From assembly GCA_905178155.1 (NCBI GenBank), contig CAJINV010000012.1, forward strand, positions 1,864,492 to 1,928,491: DNA of 64,000 nucleotides, written 5' to 3'. Numbering within the stretch: the stretch's first letter is position 1; every line of letters starts with the position of its first letter. This document shows positions 12,601 to 24,729 of this stretch, in pieces. Source of the DNA: Amoebophrya sp. A120 (lineage: Eukaryota; Protista; Dinoflagellata). The notes under the pieces were generated by a model. That model did no database searches and was not told the DNA's origin. It worked only from the letters and a program-made list of their open reading frames with translations. Position numbers and translations under genes: made by a program.

Positions 12601-15600
12601 AATCTGATTTGTGTACGCAAATCCAGCATCAGAAACTTCGTTTTGATATGCGGAAGGGGGATTTTTCCTTTTGATACCCGGCTGGCTATGGTCACCGTCC
12701 CATCGTCCACCGACTCCTGCCGTTCGAGAAAAATTGTCTCGGATTTCATGCAGGGAAGCTCCTCTAATTGAAACATCTCCTGCAGTGTCATTTGGTCCTC
12801 ATGTTCCTCGTTTGGATTCGACTCGCTCGACAGCCCCCGCTGCAGAATAAATCCGGCTGTGCTAGAACTAGACGCAGACGAATTCGACGCGGTGTGTTGG
12901 CGCAAACGGTAATTTCGCCAGAAGTTCGTACCCAGCACGTAGTCCTGCTCTGGTGGTGTTGTAGTGTCTACTGCATGAGAAGTTGTACCTCCTCCTACTG
13001 CCTTCGGTGTCGAATTGTAGTTCCATGAGGCACTACAACTACCTACACCACCTATTGCCGACACCTCCTGTGGAGGAGCTCCCACCATCTCCAAGTGCAT
13101 TTTGTATTCCAAAAATGGGTGCTGGTTCTTGGCGGTGCCGAAGGTTTGCTTCAGCTTTTGGAAATTCATCTTGCAGAAGGACCCGAATCCCGCGAGCGGC
13201 ATGCCCAAAGTAGTTAGCCAGTTGTGCTTCGACGGGTCCTCCTCGTGGCTGGTCAGGGAGAAGCGGTCGGTCGACGTTTCGCGGGACAGGGTCGTTGTGG
13301 AGGAGGTGTTTTTCCGGCTACTTGATGTAGTTGCACGACCGCAGTGCTGGTGGCCTTGAAGGTTCTTTTCCATGACAACTGGGTCAACATTGTCGTGGAC
13401 ATGAGTTTCTTCATCCTCGTCTTCATCTTGCGCGTTCAAAATCGCGATGTCTTTCTCGATATGCATTGCAAATTATATGCCTGGGTCTGGAAGGTTGTAA
13501 CTTGTGATGCTACCTTTGCACTCTACATAACTAAGATCTGTATTGCATGAACAGCAAAAGAGGTGCGCTTTTTGCTACGCGGAGAGAGGACTTCTCATGC
13601 GGTACGAGCATCAGGGAGCCCTCGCAGAATCTCCGATGCTAGGGCATGCATCACAGACGTCAATGGTCATGGAAAATATGCATGAGAAACCTGCTGGCAC
13701 TTTTCCAGACCCAGATATTTTTGCACTTGATACTCGAACTCCGAACGGGCATTCGTCACACTCGACGCTGTTCGTGACCTAGACTTCTGATGGCAGCTCT
13801 TCCGATCATCCGTCGTGGTTTTGGCGCTTTTGGACGACGAGTCGGCGCTTTTGCTAGTACTACCCCCGCCTGCAAACAGCGAGTAGATGTCTTCCGTCAA
13901 GCTGGTCGGTGATTTTCTCAAAGAGCCGCAACTTGTCTTGCTGTTGCTCCTTGATACAGCAGTCGACGAGGAGGGTCCTGCGGAGGAGGAAGAAGACGAG
14001 GATCTACTCGTTGTTCCAGATATAGTTGTACTTGAGCTACCACCAGGAGTTGTGACTCCGCGAACGTACCCAAACGTAATCGCACCCAAAAATTTTTCAA
14101 AAAGGAATAACTACCCCTATGGTATACTAATAAACTAGCTACTTATTATTTTAGATAGAGAATTAATGTAGCTATTTAAGCTCTATCTAGTTGAAGCATC
14201 CACCGCCGGAGAGTACGGCCCAGTCGCTCTACGGCTTCCCCTCGGGACACAACGTCTGGCCGCAGCTCACTCGCCTGGCCTTTTTCGGCGACCGTCGTCG
14301 CCTGCCCGGGCTTTGTTCGAACCATGAGAGAAGACCTGTGCAGCGCGAAGCCAGTGCTGGTGGCTTTTCCAGCGCGTGAAGAGGACCCAGCGCAAACATC
14401 TACGCCTCCGGCCAGCCAGCCGCGCGACCATCCTTTTCCTTTAACGGCCAAAGGGGTGCCGCCTATGCACACATCAGGGGGTGCGGGGATGCCCTGCCGC
14501 GATCCCCTTCCAAAGGGAGTCGCGGTCGCTTTGATTTTCAACGCAATCCCGACGCTATGGCCAATTTTCCACTCGCCGCCACAGGGGGGTCGCGAGGGGG
14601 GTAGGCGATCCCCCTCCGGCCAAGAAAGGCCGCATGCTGCCAGATGATAAGCGGATGCGCAATGGGATTATCCTGTGGCAGTGCTCCTGCAGGAAATCAG
14701 AGTACGCACAAGAAGGGGCAGCGGGGGCCCAAGGGCCTGTATGCGCTAGAGGGGGCTGCGAAGCACTTCCATGCCCTCCGGCTTTTTGATTACCCACGGC
14801 CCCGCCCACGGGAAACGCTGAGAAATTGCTACGGTTTGACCAGTGCCCCCGGCCCCGATACGAGGCGAAGCCGTGAACCAACTGGGTCGTACTCTCCGGC
14901 GGTGGATGCTTATTATAGCTGCATTAACTACATATACCTTAAATAACTACCTTAACAAAATAGCTAGTTTCTGCACTAAATAGTTTGGGTTTTTATACTA
15001 AAAAAATTTTTTTTGGGTACGATTACGTTTGGGTACGTTCGCGGAGTCATACTCGTTGTTCCAGATATAGTTGTACTTGAGCTACCACCAGGAGTTGTTG
15101 CACCAGGAGTTATGCATTGCAAATATGTCTGGGTCTGGAAGCATGTGAACCAGTATTCCTAAGACCCCCAGATTATATTTGTATGTCAGGACACGAAGGG
15201 GCCTGCCCCTAATTGTCCTAGAAGAAACCCTGCCTAGACGTATGCAGCACATACTTATGTTGCCCGCCTACTGGTCCGCTGTTTTCCCACCGGACCCTTG
15301 CAAAACTGGTTCTACCGGACGCAAAGGGGCCCCCGGGACTTCCTGGGGCCCCCGTGCGGGACGGAACCTACAATGCCTCGGCGCCGTCGTTTTATATTGT
15401 TGCCCGCTAGTAGTCCCGCCAGATCGTGTCGTCTAGCCGCGGCCGTGCTGGGCCTCGCGACGAATATGCACACTCAGCGGTCGCTTGGTAATCTGCATTG
15501 CGACGCGCTGCAAGCAGTAAAATAGTCACCAGGCGCGAAGCTCATTGCAAGCAATGGCAGACGTGCCAAAACGTTCGGTCTTTTCAAGAATCTTGCAAAA

Positions 15601-18600
15601 ATCCTTTCCGGGCTAAGTTGCCCCGCGCACGACGTCTCGGGTCCTCTATCCTTTCCGCATGGCGGTTGCGTTCTGCCTAGTATCAGTAAATCCTCCCCCG
15701 AACGCGCGCGCGCGCGCTAGACGCCAGGCGCGCATACATTTGAGTTGTATGTCACGCGGAGCACATACGTCTCTGCAGTGTCCCGTCCTTTTTTTTCTCC
15801 GTTCGCTCTGCCTTTTTCTCTGGTCTGTGTGCTTTCGTCTGTTCTAGGTGCTCTTCGCGTCCCAGGGTGCCCTTCGTGTGCTGGTTCACATGCAACTTGT
15901 GATGCTGTGGCTGGATAATTCTCCAAAAATCTGTATTGCATGAACAGCAATAGCAAAAGAGGCCCAGTTTTTGCCAGGGAGGGAGGGCATTTCTCATGCG
16001 ATATAGGCATCAGGAAGCCCTCACAAAATCTGTGATGCTAGGGCATGCATCACAGACATCAGGAGTCATGCAAAATGTGCATGACAAACCTCGCATCCAC
16101 CTTCCAGGCGCCAGACATATTTGCATTTCATAGTTGTACTTGAGCTACCACCAGGAGTTGTTGCAGTGGAAGCGGCCGATGCAATTATCGAACAAAAAAG
16201 TGTTAACGTTACGGTTTGGCATTTTTTGCATTAAAAATTTTTTGTGGGTTCACTGCCGGCATCACGTGAATGCGTAAAGGGCCCCGCTCACTCTTTTCAC
16301 TATTGTGGGACTCTGAAGTAGCTAACTTTGTTTGAGTTAGCTAGTGCACAAGGCCTGACGGCGCGGAACTTCGCCTACCGGGGCCGCCCCATGACGAACC
16401 TTCCGCGCCACGTGGGCTCCTGGACCCTGTCGCAGCGCTTCCGCACCAGCTCGGTGCTGGCGGAGCCTGCTTTTCAGCTGTGTGGGGACGCTTCGTGGGC
16501 GGCAGCTACTGCAAGCCACCTGGTTGAGAGATGATCTCGAGGAGCCACCATCCTCGCCGCCGCCATCGACACCGAGGATGGGCCTTCTTTTGGCAGGCAG
16601 AATCGATCATAGCGCGCTGTCTAAAAAGTGTTAACGGTTTTTTTGGGTCATAGGGAATTCCGCCGAAAAAATCCATGACTTGCCATCAATTTGAGGCCAA
16701 ATCTCGCGGTCACCCAGAAAAACCGTTAACACTTTTTAGACAGCATGCTATGATCGACTTACCCTCTCCAAAACCCTGCAGGCCAAGAAGCACGGGCTCT
16801 GGGGAGGGTAAATCGACCATAGCGTGCTGTCTAAAAAGTGTTAACGGTCATTTTTTGGCATTTTCATACAAAAAAGCCTGCTTTTGGCAGGCTGGGGCGA
16901 TCATACCGCCCATTCTGAAAAGTGTTAACGGTTTTTTGGCTGACTGCAAAATTTGGGCACTTTGGTGCTTGATTTTTGCCAATTTTCCTCATCCCGGAAG
17001 CCACAGCTTTTCTGCTTCATGGAGAGAACTTGGCGAGATGGCTCAAAAGCTGCAGCGCAATGACTAGAAACGCAGCGAGCCTAGACAGTTCTAAGGTGGC
17101 GGTATGGTGGAGAGTTGCGCGGACCTTTCTGGGGGTTGTCGCGCAGATTCATATGCCGACACATGACGCACGCCTTGCGTGACAGACTTCATGGCGAAAG
17201 GTCGCCAACATCACCGCCATATCATGCCAAACTATACTCATGTGGTTGTACTTGAGCTACCACCAGGAGTTGTTGCACCAGGAGTTATGCATTGCAAATA
17301 TGTCTGGGTCTGGAAGCATTGTGAACCAGTATTCCTAAGACCCCCAGATTATATTTGTATGTCAGGACACGAAGGGGCCTGCCCCTAATTGTCCTAGAAG
17401 AAACCCTGCCTAGACGTATGCAGCACATACTTATGTTGCCCGCCTACTGGTCCGCTGTTTTCCCACCGGACCCTTGCAAAACTGGTTCTACCGGACGCAA
17501 AGGGGCCCCCGGGACTTCCTGGGGCCCCCGTGCGGGACGGAACCTACAATGCCTCGGCGCCGTCGTTTTATATTGTTGCCCGCTAGTAGTCCCGCCAGAT
17601 CGTGTCGTCTAGCCGCGGCCGTGCTGGGCCTCGCGACGAATATGCACACTCAGCGGTCGCTTGGTAATCTGCATTGCGACGCGCTGCAAGCAGTAAAATA
17701 GTCACCAGGCGCGAAGCTCATTGCAAGCAATGGCAGACGTGCCAAAACGTTCGGTCTTTTCAAGAATCTTGCAAAAATCCTTTCCGGGCTAAGTTGCCCC
17801 GCGCACGACGTCTCGGGTCCTCTATCCTTTCCGCATGGCGGTTGCGTTCTGCCTAGTATCAGTAAATCCTCCCCCGAACGCGCGCGCGCGCGCTAGACGC
17901 CAGGCGCGCATACATTTGAGTTGTATGTCACGCGGAGCACATACGTCTCTGCAGTGTCCCGTCCTTTTTTTTCTCCGTTCGCTCTGCCTTTTTCTCTGGT
18001 CTGTGTGCTTTCGTCTGTTCTAGGTGCTCTTCGCGTCCCAGGGTGCCCTTCGTGTGCTGGTTCACATGCAACTTGTGATGCTGTGGCTGGATAATTCTCC
18101 AAAAATCTGTATTGCATGAACAGCAATAGCAAAAGAGGCCCAGTTTTTGCCAGGGAGGGAGGGCATTTCTCATGCGATATAGGCATCAGGAAGCCCTCAC
18201 AAAATCTGTGATGCTAGGGCATGCATCACAGACATCAGGAGCCATGCAAAATGTGCATGACAAACCTCGCATCCACCTTCCAGGCGCCAGACATATTTGC
18301 ATTTCATAGTAGTACTTGAGCTACCACCAGGAGTTGTTGCAGTGGAAGCGGCCGATGCAATACTAGTCGTCGAATGGCTCCTTGTTGCACCACCAGATGC
18401 AGCACATTTCGCTGTTTGATCCGCCGGTTCATTTTGTACACCTGTGCTACCGGCTTCGTGTTGACCACCGCCCTGAAGATGATTTTCTTCATCTCGCTGT
18501 CCTCGCACCGCAGTCGCCGTTTGCAGCACCTTATCCTTCAACGGCGAGACCAGCTTTTCCTTCAAGGGAGACACCACGAGAAACTCAACCTGTTTGATGA

Positions 18601-18811
18601 TCGAGCCGAAAAAGGTCGAGGACGTCGAAGAGGGTTCTTCTTGCTCCTTTTTTTCCATTGTTGATGTTCTTGCCGCGGGCTCAGAAGATTCCGTCGCGTG
18701 CTCCTTGTCGTTCCCCGGTTGATTTTGTTCGATCGACCCATTCTTCACGAAGACCGGGGAGCTTCGATGCGCGGCTCCTGCCGCAGGAGTTTTAAACGTC
18801 ATCTCCGGCAT
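6662..18811 (-). CDS. Very large multi-exon protein with C-terminal hormone-sensitive-lipase-family alpha/beta hydrolase domain and low-complexity N-terminus
   Basis: HGGG oxyanion motif (VIYFIHGGGY), FTPNYRRPP, GDSAG nucleophile, LISPWVD, VTAGEHE, DMCHVF, stop at 6662. Upstream exons join in frame to ORF 18197-18811. Interrupted by a composite insertion at 14053-17244. Confidence 0.75.
6776..7000. mobile_element. Introner family G
   Basis: TIR TATSCAAGAAAAAAACTGTG; TSD cacat/cacat. Confidence 0.9.
7322..7463. mobile_element. Introner family A
   Basis: TIR; TSD tggcg/gtgcg. Confidence 0.8.
7731..7885. mobile_element. Introner family A
   Basis: TIR; TSD tgtgt/tgtgt. Confidence 0.9.
8280..8544. 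mobile_element. Introner family B
   Basis: TIR; TSD agagc/aaagc. Confidence 0.9.
9372..9522. mobile_element. Introner family A
   Basis: TIR; TSD tcttc/tcttc. Confidence 0.9.
10492..10600. mobile_element. Introner family D (109 bp)
   Basis: Perfect 30-bp TIR tatccaggaaaaaacacccatccccatcca; TSD tgctc/cgctc. Confidence 0.9.
10690..10845. mobile_element. Introner family A
   Basis: TIR; TSD gttcg/cttcg. Confidence 0.9.
11835..12079. mobile_element. Introner family B
   Basis: TIR; TSD tgtgt/tgtgt. Confidence 0.85.
12138..12292. mobile_element. Introner family A
   Basis: TIR; TSD ttgac/ttgac. Confidence 0.9.
12355..12676. mobile_element. Introner family E
   Basis: TIR TATC..GGAAAA.TCCCCCTCCCCATATC; TSD cccgg/cccgg. 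Confidence 0.9.
13460..13732. mobile_element. Introner family B
   Basis: TIR; TSD ctcga/ctcga. Confidence 0.9.
14053..15049. mobile_element. 997-bp non-autonomous TIR element of a different class
   Basis: About 40-bp TIR tgactccgcgaacgtacccaaacgtaatcg(c/t)acccaaaaa; flanked by a 48-bp direct repeat (14005-14052 and 15050-15097). Confidence 0.85.
15111..16132. mobile_element. Introner family B carrying a nested 747-bp TIR element (15144-15890)
   Basis: B TIRs; nested ends tgtgaaccag...ctggttcaca. Confidence 0.85.
16186..17244. mobile_element. Long one-ended element with J-like TAT terminus and subterminal repeats
   Basis: Starts tatcgaacaaaaaagtgttaacg; AAAAGTGTTAAC recurs at about 16623, 16833, 16918 and inverted at about 16723. 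Confidence 0.6.
17286..18308. mobile_element. Second copy of family B introner with nested element (17320-18066)
   Basis: TIRs; TSD ggagt/gtagt. Confidence 0.85.
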
Positions 18812-20041
18812 GGGGAAGACGTTTTTGTACAGTCAGAAGCTCTTGCCGCGCTCGTATTAAGGATAAGGTCTGTTCATGAAATAAAGCTGATGTGCATCAG
18901 CTGCAGGTGCACTAGAACTAGTTCACATGTTGAGAAGTCTTGCATCGTGTAAATATCAACTTTACGCCGGCGCAAATGCAACCAGGTGTGACTACTTTTG
19001 CAACTACAAATGGAGACCACGACACCTGCAGCTCCTAGACCGGTCGGGACATATTTTTTACTGCAAGCCAAGAAAACAAGAAAAAGCCCACTAGTGACAC
19101 CTCTTTTCATTGATTTTGCTAGGTCGTCCCATTCTGCTCATGGTACAAACAGCCTCAGAATTTTATACATTTCTTTGCAGTGGAATCTGCTAGAAGGTAG
19201 TTTTTTCCATATGAAAAACAAACACATCGCCTCAACGCAACTTACTTCTCACTGTCGCACTGCTCTCGCTCGCCGGACTTGACAGAAGGTGAACCACAAA
19301 AGAAGAACAAGCCGCTTGTAGAGAGAGGATCGCGCGACTGTGGTCCGAGTCGCATCCTCGTAAAAACTGGAAGAACCCACACAGGTCCGACTTTGAAACT
19401 TCTGTATATTACAGTTGCGCTTGCGTTTCATTAGCTGCGTTTTATTTACATCATCACTGTTCAAGCCATTCCGTAGTTTGCATAGTTAGTGTAATAACTA
19501 CGATTCGAAGATTTCTTCTTGCTGAATAACGCCAATAAATTTGTCTCACGCCCGACAGCACCGCCACCGGCCTGTCTGCATCAAGCTGATTTGTTTCGTA
19601 TAGAATCTTAGTGTCTGATCTGCGTCTTTGAAACTGTAAACTAGTCCTGGTAAACAATAAATCACGGTTGTGTCACGCACGGGAGGAGACTGGTAGTAAG
19701 CTCGTCTCCTCCTATTCATCTGCCCGAGAATCTTAGAACAGTCGTACTCTCTGACGGACTCTTCTGCTCATAGCTGTCTGTAAAAATAGAAGTCACCCGC
19801 TGGCGGGATGGCTCTTTTTCTGCTAAACTTTGTGCCCCATAATAATAATCACGGTTTAGTAGTTTTGAATCACGTTGTGTCTGAAGAATCTGTCTCACAA
19901 TTGTAATCACGCGGTACTAGGAAGGGTCTAATATGTTCAGAAAAATCACGATGGCTGTCCGGTCTTCGCCATGGTAATATTTTTCCCTTTGTCGCACTTG
20001 TACTTTCTACTAAATAGAAATTGACATCGCCTTTGCAATAA

Positions 20042-22336
20042 CTACTTCTTCAAGATGCCCTTCAGTGCGGATTTCTGCTCGGAGCTCAAACTCGGGAATT
20101 GGATGTCCCAGCGGACCACTAAATCTCCGCACTTCCCCGACTTTAGCTTCAATCCGTGCGACAACACGCGCTTCTCGTAGCCCGGCGTCACGATTTCGGG
20201 CACATGGAGGTTCAGCACCGAGTCGTCTAACAGCTCGAGGTTGATCACGTGTCCGGTTAAAGCCTCGAGGAGGGTGCACCTGATAATGGTTCCAAGAAGG
20301 TGAATCAGAAAACTGGTGCTCAAATTTCGCATGCAACGCATCATGCACGAAAAACGCATTTTGTCATGCAGTTTGGTACATCTGTTTCAACAAGAGAAAA
20401 TGAAGCAAAATATATTTCATCATGTAGTAGGTACTTGTGGATGTAGATCAGGTCGTAGGTGTCTGGTATCCTCTCGAATACTGAGTGCACGTCCTCCACC
20501 ACGGTAAATATCACATCTGCCGCCTTTTTCTCACTCGGGTGCAGCTGGTTGCCCTCACCTGTGACGGTAAATGTGTCATGCTCGCTGTCGCATCCACATG
20601 ACAAAAGCTTTTGAACGTCAACCATTACAAAGAGGCGTTCCGCATGACAAAGAACCTACATCGACACAAATTAACCCGTACTAGTACTATACCTGCAAAG
20701 CGCAGTCTGGTTCCCGGCTTCCAACCCGGTTCTATTTTGATGGTCAGGGCTTTTGTGTCGACGTACCTGATAGAGTGTATTCGGTTGTTGAAAAATGACA
20801 GGATACTAAGTATTACAGTATGTGCAGCTCGACCAGCACGACGATCACGAGGGTCCATACTCTGCATGACAGATCTTCCGACTTCTACATTTTCAGACGG
20901 ATATTATGCATCGCAAGAGAATCTTGAAAGTATCGATCTTCCCAAAATCTTCTACTGAAACTGTACGATCTTCCCTCCCGATCGAATCGTTGTCTGTCGA
21001 TTTTGTAGCTCTTTGTTGAGCCTCGGTAGAGCTCCTCCAAAGTGCATCGGAGTTCCAAGTCGTGTTCTGGTGCAACCCCGGGTGTCACAGTGATTGTTCG
21101 TGGGACTAAGGTTTTTTTTTCGGACGAAAAATAATTGTTCAACTGTTGTAGATTTTGCATTTGTTCTGTTCTTGCTGTACAGCAATTCTCGAAGTAGAAC
21201 AAAAATCTCTATCTCAGTACTTACCGAGGTTGAACTTCCCCTTGTGTTCGTTCAGCATGATTGCGTGCGGGCTGGTCTCCCCGAAAAACTCGTAGAAGAG
21301 CGTCATCGGGTCGCCAACGTACTGCCATCCTCGGTACTCAGATTGTTCCAAAACACCGTCTTTCAGCCCGGATTCACCATACCTGCAAGAGAAAAAATAC
21401 GGCTTTAGCAAAAACAATAAACGAGAACTCCGGCGAAGACACTCTGTCATGCATACTTCAGAAAAGACACGATATCATCTGTCATGCGTTAAAGGACAAC
21501 AACTCCAAGTTGTTGGACTACACATTCAGATTTTTCTGTACTGGTCAAACTTCGCCCTCTTCAACGGATCTGACAGGACCACGAAAGCCTATCCGGAGCA
21601 AAAACGTCTCCACCCCAGAATCAAGATGGGGAACTTTGCAACACAAATCAACAAGGTTTATTTGCTGAGGCGGATGACAAATCTGGGGTTCTCGCAGTGT
21701 AAGTAGAATCCAGTTGTGTAGAAGCTGGTAGCGCAGCCGCATGAGAAATTGAGACTCTTATGGTATGCCGATTCAGATTCTAGCATGACAAACTCCCAGC
21801 AGATTGATAGCATTAGAAAATGCCTGTCATGTGGCGGCGCATGAGAAACAAGTTAGGCATGCAGACGTGCATGACAGTTCTAGAGTGGGGACGTTTTCGC
21901 ACGGGATAAAGCCTCTGCGATTTCCCGAAAGTGCTCCGAGTTTGCTGCATCTTTGTCTGGGTGGTACTTGAGCGCGAGCCTGATAAATAGTTTAGTAGTT
22001 TTTGAAATAAATTTCTCATGCGAAACGTGGTATGATCATTCCAGTTTGCCATGCATGAAACGCAATAATTCTTTAATTCGAAAGTACGTACGGTACCTTC
22101 TGTAGCTGTTTTTCAGTTCGAAGTCCGTCGCGGTCCTCCCGACCTCCAATATCCTGTGCAAAAGTATCGCATTCGTCTTGCAATCATGCAATACAAATCC
22201 ATTATATTTGTTAACTCAAATCCGCATTACAAATTGTATTTCTCATGCTGACAAAATTTGTAAATGCATTTATACGACTATCTAAAATACTTTTGCATTG
22301 CATATCCAACGTGTCGTAGTAATTTCGCGCCGGCAT
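20042..22336 (-). CDS. Type II DnaJ/Hsp40, DNAJB13/RSP16-like
   Basis: MPARNYYDTLEV...YRRLALKYHPDK...IAEAFVVLSDPLKRAKFDQYGE J-domain; C-terminal CTLEELYRG, IEPGWKPGT, GDLVVRWDIQFP. Has two TIR introns plus several GT-AG introns. Confidence 0.9.
21590..21908. mobile_element. Introner family C in the DnaJ gene
   Basis: TIR TATCC.G.G.AAAA.GT.CCCAC; TSD aagcc/aagcc. Confidence 0.9.
22150..22304. mobile_element. Introner family A in the DnaJ gene
   Basis: TIR; TSD tccaa/tccaa. Confidence 0.9.
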
Positions 22337-23509
22337 GGTGGTGGTCTTTCTACCGTACAAGAGTTATTGTCAAGCAAGATCCGTAGAAAAAAAACCTATT
22401 TTGGCTGTTTGTCTCCAGTTATTTCTTGAAGAAGTGTTGGAACAACAACAAAGAAGTTCATGTGGGTTGGTCTAGTAGTAGACCCTACATCGCTACAATT
22501 GTGGCTGTCTCGGGGTATTCATTCGCGACAGGCTAATCGATGGCGAAAGATCTGTAACCCCGATACGACCCCGTATTTCGCGATCCCTCTCCTTCTCTAC
22601 TCACGATGCAGTTTCCTCACAAGCGTAGCGAGACAAACACTTCCCCTTTGCTCGAAAACACGTGTAGACAACTCATGTCTTACATGACACACCACCTCCG
22701 TAGCGATGTTTTATTGGGCCTCTTTGTAGTGCACCATGACAACTCAGATTGGCCAGAAGCTTCTCCGACGTGGCCGGACATCCCTCTGTTACTACGTACT
22801 GTTTTTTCGAAAAAATACAACACCGACACGACCCCAGCTTTCTACATAATTAACAAGCTAGCACCCTCTTTTCATCCGAAATGAGATTTAGTTACAGCTA
22901 CAGTGTCCGAGTCCGCGCATCAAAGCCTCAGCCCTAGACCCTATTAAGATTTCGTACGAAAAGTTAGCTCCTTTCGCAGAACACTCTCTCCCGCAGCTCC
23001 ATCAAGAAAGAGGGCCTTCCTTCGGTGCAGCGTCTGGTGAATTGACCAACGCCTTCGTATTTTTTTTTTCTGGCGCACAAATTTCATTTTTACTACACGC
23101 GCGCGGCCAGGCGGTGCTAAAAAGTGCGCAGTCTCGTACAACAGAACTCTCTGTCTCTGGGGGACAATGGAAGAAAGTAGACTATACTGGTTGCAGACAT
23201 CGACAACGACACCAATGCTGTTTTGCCAAGTACAATGAACTTTCTTCGAAAATAAGCTGTAAAGAATCGCTCCCTGTACCTGAGGTCGGATACAACTACT
23301 AATATGACGCGGGAGTCTACTTACACGAGACCTCCACTTAAAAAAAAAACTTGCTGTTTAAACTTTTGCTTGATTTCGTTTTGATTTTTGCGAGGAGCGA
23401 CTAGGTGGTCGAGTAAAGCTGGTGTTTTTTTGCACATATAAACCCAAGGACTTCTGCGCTGCGTAATATCCTATGTTATTGCGCAAAAACTTGGACTTGG
23501 TCCGTCAGT

Positions 23510-24729
23510 TTAAAGCTCCACCTTGGGCTTCGTGGCGCCCTTGATCTCCATAATCTCCATCGTGAAGACCAACGTGCTGCCGGCCGGGATATCCTGGCCC
23601 ATCGCGCGATCCCCGTAGGCGAGATTTGTATCAAGCGCAAACATGTCTGGGTCTGGGACATGGCAACTTGAACTTGTCATGCAAAACCAAAATGTCAGTC
23701 ATGCAATAATCTGTGTTGCACAATTACCAAAAGCCGTTCACTTTTGACCAAAGTGAGAGGAAGTCTATCATGCAGGATAGGCATCAAAGAGATCTCGCAG
23801 AGTCTGTCATGCTAGGTCCTGCATTCCAGACCTCACGGGTCAAGAAAAACCTGCGTGACAAGTTTGGATCCTTCCAGACCCAGACATATTTGCATTCGAT
23901 AATTTGGGGGGATGTACATTTCCCACTTGTCGCCCTGGACCATGAGTTGCATAGCCTCAGTCCAACCCGCAATGACCTGATCATTTTTCGATAGAAGCGA
24001 GCTTACTGTTCATATTCGTGCTTACTGCTGAAGTAGATGCTGTAAGTTGTACTACCCATCTTCATGGTGTGAGTAGTAGGACCAGCAAGATTTGTATACA
24101 ACTTGCAATCACTGCATCGCTTGCGTCCATTCGTTTTTACACAACTCTTTCGCATGCAACTTCTTTAGAAGTCAGTTTTTACCTGGTTCGGTGCGAAGGT
24201 GGTTGGCGCGCCACGTTTGTAAGAGGAGTCGAATTCCTTTCCCTTTTCTGCTCCGTTCTGCGGAATCAGGGTTCCTGCGTAATGGCAAGCGCACGGGGTA
24301 CCGACCAACGGGTGCTCCTTACCCTCGCCTGCTTTCAGAACCTGGTGGAGAAGTAGAATAAAAGTTTTTATTGTTTGCGCAGATCGAATTGCGCAAGCGA
24401 TTTTTCGCTTGCATGCTGGAGCATCAGTTCCTGATGAAGATCTTCGCCTCTAGCTTCACTTTTTTTCCAAGTACTAGGTTTGCTCATCATCATGCGCCTG
24501 TTGCATGCAAATTGTTTTCAGACCTCCAATCGAAAACCCAACGCTTCGTGGTGCAACTAGAGGCGGAAGCAAAAAATACCTTGTAGGCTAAGCCAGATGG
24601 CAAGGTGATGACACCGTCCTCTTTTTTCTTGGCTTCCAACCAAGCCAGACCTTCAGCCTTCGTCGGCTGCTTCGCCGTCACAGCCACGGCGGCTAACCCG
24701 GCAAAAAACAAGTTGCGCAAGATGGCCAT
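23510..24729 (-). CDS. Secretory-pathway FKBP-type peptidyl-prolyl isomerase (Mip-like)
   Basis: Signal peptide MAILRNLFFAGLAAVAVTA; LPSGLAYK, CHYAGTL, EFDSSYKRG, VIAGWTEAMQLM, IPPNLAYG, IPAGSTLVF; ends KVEL (KDEL-like). Confidence 0.92.
23629..23901. mobile_element. Introner family B in the FKBP gene
   Basis: TIR; TSD atttg/atttg. Confidence 0.92.

Larger units (their letters stand above)
15070..18361. repeat. 1.1-kb direct duplication (15070-16185 and 17245-18361) flanking insert 16186-17244
   Basis: Near-identical copies, about 3 differences seen. Confidence 0.9.

Noticed and set aside
14053-17244. Autonomous transposase within the long elements
   Set aside because: Only short ORFs with no recognisable DDE, integrase or recombinase motifs.
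14005-18361. CRISPR- or integron-like array (repeated gtacttgagctaccaccaggagttg separated by roughly 1-kb inserts)
   Set aside because: The repeat is host exon sequence (TTPGGSSSTT), partly a natural protein repeat and partly duplicated by insertions. Copy lengths vary and there are no cas or integrase genes.
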